A stretch of DNA of 61,635 nt, counting the filler, from Dirinaria sp. TL-2023a (taxonomy: Eukaryota): the NCBI GenBank assembly GCA_051941275.1. It is 19 parts of 19 records of this genome, joined end to end, with 100 filler letters (N's around TTAATTAATTAA, not from the genome) between each part and the next. Parts side by side here need not be neighbours in the genome. Positions count along the whole stretch, not along the records: positions 48,865 to 51,986 come from JAVEBF010002113.1; positions 52,087 to 55,203 come from JAVEBF010002114.1; positions 55,304 to 58,419 come from JAVEBF010002115.1; positions 58,520 to 61,635 come from JAVEBF010002116.1; 15 more parts are not named here. The stretch is one strand, 5' to 3'. Within the stretch, counting starts at the first letter, position 1, and each line of letters starts with the position of its first letter. A program made the translations under genes and the position numbers. The notes under the pieces are model-generated. The model ran no database searches and was not told where the DNA came from. It saw nothing but the letters and a program-made list of their open reading frames with translations. Shown in pieces: positions 48,865 to 60,026 of the stretch.

Positions 48865-49733
48865 TGATTTGAGGGTTGCTTGATCCCAGCCGTTCATGAA
48901 ATCGCCGTGGAACCCGAAGCCCGTCATGTCACCCTGGGAAAACGTGAAGTTGCCACCGTCTTGGTTGATTTTGCTGACGCTGTACAGCACCTCGTAGAAA
49001 AGATGCAGCAGAGGAACCGGGTGAGTGGAAGGGCAATTGCCGTTGTCGAGGTCGGACATGTACTCCACGTGGCTGTTGTCGGTCTTGTACAGATTGACGC
49101 CGTCCCAGCATGACTGGAAGTGGATCTGTGCGCGCAGGCCGTTGATACAGCTGGTCCGAGTCATGCCCGGCTGCTCTTTGCTCGGTGCGGTTTCTAAGCA
49201 GGCAAAGCTGGCGCGGTCGGCTTTCGGACGGTTGCTGCCGGGAATCAAGTTTTGAGTGTCGTATGAACGCAGAGACGGTATGCCGGAAAGCATTCTGAAG
49301 CCTGGCGGGAAGGGTTGGATGTTGGTCTTATTGTTGCCGCGGCCGAGGTAGTATACGGTCATGCCATCATTAGGGACTTCCTCGAAAGAGCCATTCGCAT
49401 GATGGTAGTAGAGGATCGGTGTCCAGTATGCTGACTTGTCGGCGCCGATCTCGCAGGATGTGCAGTTGGATTGTTGGAGAGACTGGAAGTCCGAGTTAAG
49501 GCTGATGTTCGAAGCTAGGCGCATAGTCAATACAGATTTCCGTGACGACGGAGCAGGAATTTGTTAGACGAACCTCCAGCAATTTTGTGGGCGTGACTGG
49601 ACAGTTTGCCAGGTGTCACGACCGGGTCAATGCGACCCGTCTGGACGATGCCACATGACAAGCGCCAGAAGGCCTGAGAAGAGCCAACCAAAAAACTAAG
49701 AGCAACAGCAGCTGTAGAGAATCTAGCGTACAT
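48865..49733 (-). CDS. Secreted DUF1996 domain protein (often WSC-associated), 3' truncated
   Basis: Signal peptide, then AFWRLSC..RIDPVV.PG..SSHAH. Intron 49515-49573. Also DKSAYWTP, FQSCWDG and GFGFHGDFMNGWD. Confidence 0.93.
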
Positions 49734-52700
49734 CTTGAATGTATAATCAGGGCAAAGGAGTGTTCAGGAGCAGCTCTGTGGCAAGTGCATGTGGCAGGAT
49801 CCGTGCTTGGGTCTTATACAGGTCGATAGAGTCGTCCAGCGACTGATCTATAGCGCTTCTAGAATTGTGCCCGTTTGAGGATGGTTGATTCGAAAGGAAA
49901 ATGTGGAAAGTAGCTTCGGAAAGACAAAGGTGTGGAGGCCCAGGCTCGTGTCTCCTTCTTTGTTTATATCGCGTGGCTGTTCCATAATAAAGAAGGTAAA
50001 ACTTGAAGTAATGAATGACATGCAATGAACTGAGAACCGGCAACTTTGATACCTCGGATCGCCACAGCATGCTGTTGGTCAAACAATCCCCGGCAGGACA
50101 GAACGCTGGATCTAGTACTCGTGCTTTGGTAGGTAGGCAATTGCACGTTTCAATGAAGATGTGTTTTGTTTGGTTCTAAGAGCTGCTAGCTACTGCTCTT
50201 TGTTGCAGATAGTTTCAAGCTTTAGTCACTCTCTGTTCGCCATAAACTTGATAAGGGTTTCAGGGCGCTAGTGCATATTTGCTGGGAGAGTCAGCCATAA
50301 GGTAGGTAGATATAGGCCATAGGAGGTTGGAAGGGCGAGCGCTTACTCCGGTGAATCGCGGATATGTCTGCCTCTCGAGTCCCTTCTTGGTCCAATGGCG
50401 TCTCCTTGTCTCTTAGTTTGTACCCATTCACTATTCTAACGTTCATTGATCGGGAAAATACAGTTCATTCCGAGCTTGCGCCGATCGTCAATCGCACCGT
50501 CGCATTCATAGAGCAAAGCATCATCCTCATGAATGTCTTTCCGGTTCACTGACTTGGCGAGAATCCATATCAAGTGTCTAACAGCATTTGCAGCATTCGC
50601 TCTTTGTGATTTTGGTGGCTGTTTCGAAGATATCGAAGGACCATAGCTCTTATGAAGAGTAACAGTACGGCGATAAGCGGACATATTGTGCCTACTGGAG
50701 TAGATATTTATTGTGAGCGTACTTGCTCGAGACCTAGGTAAATTCGTTTCGGACTTATGCATATTCATGCTATAGAGAATCCGTAAATCACCATCATAGA
50801 AGTGGCCATTAGTTGTCCGCTCGAGGTCAGCTCGGCAAGAACCTATCCTGTAAACAAGACTCTCAAAGAGCCGATGCTTTCACTGTGTGTCTAGACGCCT
50901 GTTAGAACTATAAATGGAGAAATGGAAGCCTAGGCAGCAAAAGTCTTTGAGAACGCATGCTAAAAATAGCCTTGTTGTGGATGTGGCGTTGTCTTCGAGT
51001 CGACTTAGAGTGAAGCAGAAGATCGACCTGTTCTCGCTACTCAATTTGAATCTGGAAACGACCTTCCTTGTTTCAATGAAACTGTGTAGGTTTTCATGGT
51101 CTCGAAATCTGCGCATTGAATTTCCAGGCTTTGCCTCTTCCGGCCTGCTGACTCGAGCCAAGATTTGCCAAGCTTGGAGTGGATGAGTCAGCGACAAAGA
51201 GACGACAGAGAAGGATATACAGATGCGATCGTTGTTCTTTGTCGTTGGCTTAGAAGTCTGCTGTGGACTACCTCGCTATCATTGGTTTCAATTGGATATG
51301 GCCCACGGATAGGCTAGTAACGACAATCCGCTCATGGTCTACGCCGCTCTTTCTACGGGATGCATCCAAAGCTAACCCGACAGCATTTTCTTCCAGACGC
51401 ACTAGATAGAGAGGTTTCTACCAAAACACCTTGGCAGCATGGTGGCAATTAATGTACTGCTCGCGATGGAGACCCATTCATATCCCTCTATGCAACGAGG
51501 GTAGCGTGTTATTCTCTCCGTTATCGAGGAGTAACGCGCTCTCACCATTCATACCTCACTATTATCACAATGCTCCAATTGTTCGGTACCGATCTCCTCT
51601 GTGAGAAAGTAGCACTATTGCAGTCGACGATTCTCCATCCTCATCTCACTTTGAGTTTGATGGCTTAGGGAGACTGAACGCCTCTCGCTATGACGAGCAG
51701 TAGCGGAGCTGAGCTCAATGACGATCGTGCTCTTGGACCAGCGGCTTGTGTTAGCTCGACAGAGCACCTGTTCCATGTTGGCAGCAAATCTCCAGGTAAT
51801 ACCAACTTCCCAGACAGCCAGCTTTAGCTCAACCATATGTAGATAATACTCTTTAAAGCGGATCTTTACTCCCACCCTTTCTGGACGGTCACAAACTAGC
51901 ACATCATAAACCACGCCTTCGGGCTGTTTGGCATCACCCAAAGAGTGAGATTCGGCCGCTTCGAGGGCCGCCAGAGGCGTAAAGGTNNNNNNNNNNNNNN
52001 NNNNNNNNNNNNNNNNNNNNNNNNNNNNNNTTAATTAATTAANNNNNNNNNNNNNNNNNNNNNNNNNNNNNNNNNNNNNNNNNNNNGGGGTGGGTGGCTT
52101 ACGCATGATACTACGGCACCCATTTTTGCGGTTTTGGTTTTGGGTTTGGAGGTGAGGTAGGGATAGGGGTTTTGGTTGTGATGTAGTTGGGGATGCTGGA
52201 GTATGTATGTAGAGCTGCTAGAAGAGAGAGAAAGATTGTAATCAAGTAAAGTTAGGGAGTTTGGGTTGATGAAGTGAGAGAGAAAAATTTTTAGTCACGA
52301 GGACCGAGTTAAGAGTGAAGGAAGAAATGGAAGAAAACAAAAACCTAGAAGAATCTGGCAAGCGCGGGAAAGGCGTCTGTTGTTATTGCTCCACCTTTTT
52401 TTTTCTTAAACCTCGGCGCGTGTGTGCGTATGCAACTTGACACCTCACTGTCACAACAGTGAATAATAATGGATCGCAATTTCCCAAGTTTATTTGGGGG
52501 GGGGGGGGAGGTGGCCCATGCTTTTATATCAAATCTCGCTTTTCCCACGTACCTACGTCATCTTGACTTACGGGGTAAGGTAATTTTCTAACCAATTGCA
52601 AATCTACATACCACCAGCTTTTCATAGGCTCGCATACGGAAGAATGGGGGGGGGGGATTCAATTTTTGCATCATCTTGCTGATCCGTGACCTGAGTTGCT

Positions 52701-53675
52701 GTTGCAGAAAAACCTGGAAAGTTGAGGATTGAGCGGATAAGGTAGGTTTCGTTGATGCTTGCACAGCCACACAGCCACACTTTTCTAAACTGGATTGGGG
52801 AAAGGGTCAGGGGATGACTGTGGCGATCGTTTGCGGATCATGGACGGTTCTAGAGTGGATGGGGAAGGAGAGGGGGATGATCGCTGTGGCTGATCGGAGG
52901 GGTTTTGCCGAGTTGTCCCGTGTATGCACTGTGCTTTGACACTTGCCTCATTTGTTTTGTTCACTTCTCTTACGGAATACCTGAGGTGGCTTTTTACCTT
53001 TATGTAACAGTGCATTATGCACGCCTGCAGGTGAGGTTGGGCATCCATGACTCGGTACCTTACCTTACCCATTTCGTCCTGATCTTGCCAGTGCTTTAAG
53101 GGTTGTTGTGTGGCATATTGGATGAGATTCCATCGGGTTCGGAGAGGATTGTAGCGATTGCGAATTGATATTGGGACATAAGGTATTGACACCTTATGCG
53201 AAGTAGGCGCATCCCCTCGATCGAGGATCACGGCGTACATACCTCACCTGACCTTTTACTCATTCATTCACTCTAGGTTCAGAGCCGCATGAGCGTTACT
53301 TCACAAGTGGCTCATTCCTTGGCAATATCTACATAGTTGGCACTCGGTGCCTGCTTTAGCTCACCTTACTAACTTTACCACCACCCAGCAGTCGCCGATG
53401 ATCAGGTGATAGGTGTTGACAAAATCTCGCGCCGGACTGGTTCGTACCTAGCAACTAGCTTCAAAAAGCAACCTTTAACACTTCTCGCTAAGTCTTGGTT
53501 GCCTGAACCTCACTAACCAGCTCGCGTCCTCACGCGTTTACCTCAGTACCTACTACCAGCGGTGCTGCCACAACCTGTGCGATCACCATTTGTGCCACCA
53601 CGATCTGTGCTTCTACTTCTACTTCAATCTCTACTTCTAACCTGCTGTAACCAAACCTGTCGAAGATAACTCATC

Positions 53676-55085
53676 ATGACTCCGGTACGGGTCCGAGGCA
53701 AGAAGTACCGCAAGAAGCCAACCGCGTCAGCGCAACAACCACGCGAGGACGGACGTGCCTCCCTTCGGAAGAACCAGAAACAAACCAAGAGCAAGAATTC
53801 CAAGCTGGAGTCGTCTAGCGATTCGCAGAAGAACCAAAAACAGCTCAAGAGAAAAAAGTCTAAGCTGAAGTCGTCTAGTGGTTCGCGCAAACGTGTTCGG
53901 GTCCAAGATGATCGTGCAGTTGCCCAGCCTGCAAAAGCTCTTTCGGCCCTCGAGTCTTTACCGGTGGAGGTCCTCGAACCCATTTTCCTCCAAAGCCTGA
54001 ACCTGAGCATGCCTCGAGCCTCTAACGTGTTGGGGAGGAAGCTGGCTTCGAGACACGTCAAGAGCAATTTATTCATGACTGTCTTTCCCTCGAAACACCA
54101 TGAAATGAGAAATGAGCCTTACTTGCTCGAGATACTTGGTTCTGAACCAGCGATCGGAAGACTCCAATCACAGATGCTCGCATTGAAGTGGATGACGTCA
54201 GACTTTCTCCAATCGATGCTAGAAGAGTACACGGCGAGAACCATAGTACACTTCTTCAATCAGCACGAGCTTGGCTGGGTTGATCTTGAGCGCCCGCTGC
54301 AAGTGGACGAGGCTCACCTGCCGCGCCAATTTGACGTATCGACAGCGTCTAAAGAAGTGACCGTCGAGCCTGTTCGTAGCTTCTATAAGAAACATTATTC
54401 GCGCGTGATAATCTATGGGCCAATGGAGCAGCAGTGGAGCTGGATGAACGAGTCAGGTTCCAAAAAAGTCACGATGGGTATCAATTTCCGAGATGGCCAC
54501 TTCTCTATCACAGTCTCGGACACCTCAGAAAATGAGACTAGCATAATCCTACGGCATGAATCAAGCGCTCTGTACTGCCACTCAGGTTGTCGAATACCGC
54601 AGAAATTGCTACATGGGCCTTGGTCAGATGCCAAATGTGAACACTTAGAACGTATTTTTAGTGCAGGAGCCAAAATCGATTTCACCGGCGCCACGACCGA
54701 CGAGGAAGTCGCAGCAGGAGGTTTGCGGGAAGCAATGACCCAGAACCACGTCCGGGCCATGCACGCTTTGATCGGCAGAGCAGGTATCCGCGAATGCAAG
54801 CTCATGGAAAAGGATGGTCGGTCCTCTTTTTTCCCGGAACGAGCTGAAGCATTCGGCCACTTGTGCGTTGGTGTGGTCGTTACGACGGAGCTTTTCAAAT
54901 TCGCACTGGACAATGAATGCCCTGTATTCACTCTGTGGAGCCTTGCCGATGCAATGAACATCCGCGTCAACTGGAAAGACAAAGCACTCAGTCGCTGGGC
55001 CTTGAAGAAGAAACACGAAGGCGATGAACGAGGTCAATGGCTGTGGGATAGTCTAAGTTACGCTGGCCATAACTCCTTTGACTAA
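53676..55085 (+). CDS. Hypothetical protein (469 aa) with basic N-terminus and F-box-like motif
   Basis: Long single-exon ORF with LSALESLPVEVLEPIFLQSLNLSMPRAS and IPQKLLHGPWS. Confidence 0.8.
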   Translation: MTPVRVRGKKYRKKPTASAQQPREDGRASLRKNQKQTKSKNSKLESSSDSQKNQKQLKRKKSKLKSSSGSRKRVRVQDDRAVAQPAKALSALESLPVEVLEPIFLQSLNLSMPRASNVLGRKLASRHVKSNLFMTVFPSKHHEMRNEPYLLEILGSEPAIGRLQSQMLALKWMTSDFLQSMLEEYTARTIVHFFNQHELGWVDLERPLQVDEAHLPRQFDVSTASKEVTVEPVRSFYKKHYSRVIIYGPMEQQWSWMNESGSKKVTMGINFRDGHFSITVSDTSENETSIILRHESSALYCHSGCRIPQKLLHGPWSDAKCEHLERIFSAGAKIDFTGATTDEEVAAGGLREAMTQNHVRAMHALIGRAGIRECKLMEKDGRSSFFPERAEAFGHLCVGVVVTTELFKFALDNECPVFTLWSLADAMNIRVNWKDKALSRWALKKKHEGDERGQWLWDSLSYAGHNSFD

Positions 55086-55303
55086 AGAAGGAATGAGCTC
55101 CACACCCAAAAACCACTTGGCAAGCAGGAATTCAAGACGACGAACGACCGCGTTCTTTACCAAGGTACAACAAAGCCATGACGAGCGGGAAGGGGGAGAC
55201 TGANNNNNNNNNNNNNNNNNNNNNNNNNNNNNNNNNNNNNNNNNNNNTTAATTAATTAANNNNNNNNNNNNNNNNNNNNNNNNNNNNNNNNNNNNNNNNN
55301 NNN

Positions 55304-56703
55304 GGTGTTGCTGCTGATAGCTGAGGAGGGATCGATGGGGGCGGACGAAGGAGAAGCAGCCTTGTTCGAACCCGTGGCGGCGGCGGCGGGAGATAGTAAA
55401 GGGGAGCCGGTGCTGACGCGGCCGAAGGTGCCGGGGGAGAGCAAGGGGGAGCCTCGGGCGAGCTTTTCGGCTTTGGCGCGCTCTTCTTCTTCCTTGGCTT
55501 GTTTGCGCAGCGCTTTTTTGTGGGCTTTGCGCTGCTCTTCTTTCTGACGCCGGGCTTCGAGGAGTTCTTGCCGGTTTCGAGCGGGTTTGCCGTTCAGGCC
55601 GTCGGCTTTGCGGGCCGCGCGGAGTTCTTCGATGCGTGCTTGGAGGCGCAGTTTGAGTTCTTCCGGGGTTTCTTTGGGACGCGAGGGTTCGGTTGCTGGC
55701 TTGGCCGATGGAGATGTAGAGTCGGTAGTGCTGTTCTTTGGATGTGTAGATGAAGAGTCGGCAATGCTGTTCTGCGGATGTGTAGATATAGAGTTGGTAG
55801 TGTTATTCTTTGGATCCGCTTCCTCAGGCACAACCGGAGGGGCCAGAGAGGATATAGATGATGAACCGGACTGTGTGATTGGTGCATCGAAAGCAGGCGA
55901 GTCTGGGAAAGGAGATGGGGAAGCTGTTGAAGAGGCCTTGTCGTGGGCTTCTTTGGCGATGTCTTCCACATCGATCTTATCCATGTCACCGGCCATGAAA
56001 TCGACACCCTCTTCCTCATCACTGCCCGACTCCTGGGCTGCTGTCTTGCCTTCCACGCCCTGGTCCTTCTTCGACTTTTTGGCTTCTTTCTTGGCGGCTT
56101 GTGCTGCCTTCTTCACCTTTCTCCGCTCTCTCTTCTCTTTCTTCTTGCTAGCCTTGGTCTTCTGTGCTGTTGTACCGGCTTGCGTCGCTGCTTCTGCAAC
56201 ATCTTTGCTTTCACCTGACGATGTTGTTCCCTTTGCGGTTCTATCTCCAGCCTTCTGCTTTTTTGCCTTCTTCGTGGCTCTCTTCAAACCCTCCAGCGAT
56301 TTCTCTTGGTCCACACGTTCTGTGTCTGAGCCACCTTCCTCCTCCCGCTTCCGCTTCCGAGCGTTCTCATCCATGACATCTTTCACACTCTTCGCATTAG
56401 CCGGATCTAATTTGGCGAACTTCGCATTCCGTTTCTCCTCTTTCGTCTGCTTCTTGCGCCGCCACTGATCCTACAGATAGGATGTCCATGATCAGCGAGG
56501 GTCACTAGGGCAGGTTGTGGCAAGTCAGCCATACACTCGTATCTTCACCATAATAATCTTTCGCCGGTATGATCGACAGCAGGCCGTTGAATGCTTCAGC
56601 GTGACTCCTAAGTCGCTCCTGTGGTTGCCTTTAGCGTTTATTTGCTGCCGCATGCTTTCACAACCCAAATGTTCGGAGGTCTCACTTCAAGGCTTTCCGA
56701 CAT
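55304..56703 (-). CDS. RRP14: 60S ribosome biogenesis protein Rrp14 (SURF6 family), 3' truncated
   Basis: Two short 5' exons splice to give MSESLE/ERLRSHAEAFNGLLSIIPAKDYYGEDTS/DQWRRKKQTKEE..AKLDP. Later LQARIEELRAARKADG..ARNRQELLEARR. Confidence 0.92.
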
Positions 56704-56980
56704 TGTGATCGCTGTCCCTTAACGATAGCTGTTCGAAGCACCTGTGACAGCACACCGACATCCCTCAGCCTCAGGCCTCGAGGTACTGTGAGGTAGAGTA
56801 CTTCATGCATCCATACGAGTCAAGACCAACCCAAGATTGTGCGGGAAATCTTGGCACGCTAACATGCTAGGGCTTTGGGCAAATCTAGGCAGCTTTTGCC
56901 GAGGTTGGATACTCTAGACTCATAGAAGTGCATTTGCAGCTCATGAAAGTAATGTATCCTCCATCTAGTGACCGGCAAAG

Positions 56981-57733
56981 ATGCCTCTTCAAATGACACA
57001 GATTCAACCAGATCTGACCCTTTATTTCTTGCAGAGCTCCCGCTCCATCCGCATCGCTTGGCTTCTCGAGGAACTGGGGCTTCCCTACAAACTTGAGTGC
57101 TGGGACCGCGAAGACACAGGTCTTGCACCTGCCGAATACAAGGAGCGATGTGGTACGCGGCTGGGCAAAGCTCCTGTACTGAGAGATGGGGATTTGATCC
57201 TGCAAGAGAGTGGCGCTATCACTGAGTAAGGCTACCATGACTCGCTTAGCTTTCCGAATTGGCAAGCATCCGTCTGATAGGGAGGGAGATATCTCTGCGA
57301 GAACTACGATCCATCCCATCAATTCCTCCCCACCGGGCCGCCCGAAGAGCGTGCCAAAGTCCGGGAATGGATCCACTCCGCCGAAGGCATTTTCATGACC
57401 CATTGCCTGCCTACGGTCTATAACCGGCGCATCGACGCCTCCCTGGCGGAGAAGCTGGCGCCGGGTATCGAGAAGGTGGTTGCCAAAGACCTGGACTGGT
57501 TGGAAGAGGAATATGCCGCGAGGGGAGGGAAATACCTGGTCGGTAATGATCTTACCGCGGCGGATATCATGGTGGCATTCTCGGTGCATTTCGTCTTTGC
57601 CATGGGACTGGCAACCAAAGACCCAATTCAAAGCTCAACCCAAAAATGGAAGGGGGTGAGGTCGTGGCTGGCACAGTGTTTGGCAAGGGAGCCGTATCGA
57701 AGAGCTGTGGAGAAGACAGGGTACAAGCTCTAA
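56981..57733 (+). CDS. Glutathione S-transferase (Gtt1-like)
   Basis: LYFLQSSRSIRIAWLLEELGLPY, LGKAPVLRDG..LQESGAITE/YL and YLVGNDLTAADIM. Intron 57226-57288. Confidence 0.93.
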
Positions 57734-57832
57734 ATATACCAAAGCCTGCCACCTCGTTGTTCGCCGAATCGTTGCGAAGGGGTATCGTACCGTCATCTTC
57801 CCAAACGCCCATTTTTCACCTTGTTGAACCGC

Positions 57833-58419
57833 TCACGAATCCCCCTTTGGCGGAAACTTACTCCCTCTTATCCCCCCGTCCCTGCTCACCCTCACGAACC
57901 TCACCGTATTCAATCCCTCCCAAGCCCCTCCCCACTCCTTCAAAGTCTCTAAATTCGCCTCATCCTCCAGATCCGGCAGCCAGAAACCACCATTATACTC
58001 CCGTTCCTCCGCCTCAATCTTTTGCTTCAACAGGTCCTCCTTCATGCTCGATGGCCGACCAGGCCGTCGCTGGGCTTCGAGCTGCGCAAGTTCGGGAAGG
58101 GAGCGGGCCAGATATCTTTTCGGGTTCGTAAGCCATTTGCATTCCAAAAAAAAAAACCAGGTGGGGAAAATGTATAGCGAACCTCTGAATCAACTCATGA
58201 ACCTGACCTCGCTCTATCGCGCCGCCACTGATACTGCGCGCAGCTTTCGCAGCGCCTTGGAAATACGATATTCGCTGCACTTTGAACACATTATTCCCAT
58301 CAGTTCCCCCTATCTTCGTTCTCCCTCCAAAAAAATCAAAAAAAAACCCCAAAAGGAAAAACCCACAAACCACTCCCTGCCCCTTCCCCCTCGCCGCAGC
58401 GAGATTCCCCAACCTCACC
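57833..58419 (-). CDS. TMA16: Translation machinery-associated protein 16, 5' truncated
   Basis: Introns 58280-58366 and 58116-58182. ELAQLEAQRRPGRPSSMKEDLL..EEREYNGGFWLPDL. Confidence 0.88.
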
Positions 58420-58519
58420 NNNNNNNNNNNNNNNNNNNNNNNNNNNNNNNNNNNNNNNNNNNNTTAATTAATTAANNNNNNNNNNNNNNNNNNNNNNNNN
58501 NNNNNNNNNNNNNNNNNNN

Positions 58520-59447
58520 GTAGAAGACTGCGCCCAAGTCCCTTAGAATCTGTGATAGCAGACTCTCTTGCTCTGGTGTCGTTGGCTCGTTGGCGTAGCG
58601 TGCCATACCGATTGATGACGGATGAGGAGGAGTCACGAAGCAGTCCTTGAGCGAGATCGGGAGCCCGTGGAATGGCCCAACGACATATCCGGTTCGCTCT
58701 AGATGCTCGTCGAGGGACGTTGCTCGTTCGATGGCCTGCTCGAAGAGAATCTCTGTGATGCAGTTGGTCTGCCATAGTGTGAAATATCATACGGAGCCAG
58801 ATTGAGGGATGAAAATAGGCGCTAAGGCTGAGACGCGTGTGAATACATTTGGGCAAGTTGAAGGGCATTCGACAAGAAAAATCCTGCTAGGTACACGCTC
58901 GATTCAGAGGTCTCTTAGCGATACGAAAAAGGATTTTTTTGCGAAGGTTGCTAGTCGATGCTCAATTGCAGGAAGGCTTTCCGGACAGCTAACCACGTCA
59001 GAGCGTCGATTTGTGGTTCACGCATGGTCCCGTCGAAACCCATGACGCAAGGGAAATATACATTTTACTCTCTCTCAGACAATTAAGGAAGATGGGGCTC
59101 CAAACCGAAAGGGCGTCTGTGCGACTGTCCCGTGCAAGATTGCCACAATGCAAAAGAACTGGCAAAGGAAGCTTCACCAATTGATGAGCGATAGCAGCTG
59201 CTTTACAGAAGGCTTCTGTGACCTCCAAAGCGCTCCATCTTTTCTCTCTGATTTTGAAAAGGATATGCTCTGCCTTCGAGTCCACAATTTCGAATTCGGC
59301 AGCTGATAGATGTTGTTGCGGTATCGACGTGACATTCCGAGGTAAATTTCGCAGGCTGGACTGGGAAAGTTTGTATTTTGTTGGTAAGGCTTCATCTCGC
59401 CGTTTCCGAGCCTGCGCCGCGATTTCTTTGTATTTAGGCTCAGCCAT
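58520..59447 (-). CDS. Amidase-signature family enzyme (acetamidase/general amidase), 3' truncated
   Basis: WSALEVTEAFCKAAAIAHQL / intron 58769-59177 / TNCITEILFEQAIERA..GPFHGLPISLKD (catalytic Lys)..LGAVFY. Confidence 0.93.
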
Positions 59448-60026
59448 TGGTTGATGGTACTTTTACATGAGCTGAGAAAAGTATGAATTCAGATGGTATA
59501 TTCAACGCGCCGTTAGTTCAAGTTGATTAAATATCTTGTGTATCTCCACTTTGCTAAGACGTCATCGAGGCGCGAGTACATGAAGGTACCTTACTTCACC
59601 TCGGTTTCTCATTGGGAATAGTCTCTTGGCATTTATCAAGTGCCACTATCACTGTGCGTTTCCGTGTATTCTGGCTGCATATACTGATGCCGAGCGGTAT
59701 CCTGCTCAGGGCACAGAACTTATCGCGATGTTCTTCGAAACTTTTGAGAATGATGACCATTATGGTGATAGCAGCGAAGCAAATATCGAAGAGATGTGTA
59801 TTGATAAGAGAGTGTATGAGCATCAGTTGTAATCTTTCTGGTGAGAGTTTCATTGTCCAACATAGATCCGAAAGATTGAATCCAGCTGTCATATGTCCGT
59901 TTAGACTTGGGCTGGATTGTAGATATCTTCTACCCTGAGGTTTTCTGAAGCATGATATCACCGAAATGCAAGCAACTAACACTCATTGTGCACTTAGCCT
60001 GAAATTCGAAATATGGACCCCGCCTC

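Noticed and set aside
50880..51941. Minus-strand ORFs of 105 and 108 aa that might be exons of a truncated gene
   Set aside because: No motif I can recognise and no supported splice path.
55587..56468. 293-aa plus-strand ORF, and similar long overlapping ORFs at 12130-12810, 16618-17232, 35872-36813 and 54413-54982
   Set aside because: Antisense or alternate-frame shadows of real GC-rich genes.
3194..58519. Regularly spaced TTAATTAATTAA motif every ~3.2 kb that looks like a repeat array or cassette system
   Set aside because: Always centred in 44+44 Ns between length-sorted contigs. It is a concatenation linker, not biology, and is not CRISPR-like.
59596..59982. Overlapping ORFs between the amidase and the MFS gene
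   Set aside because: Non-ATG starts and no family features.
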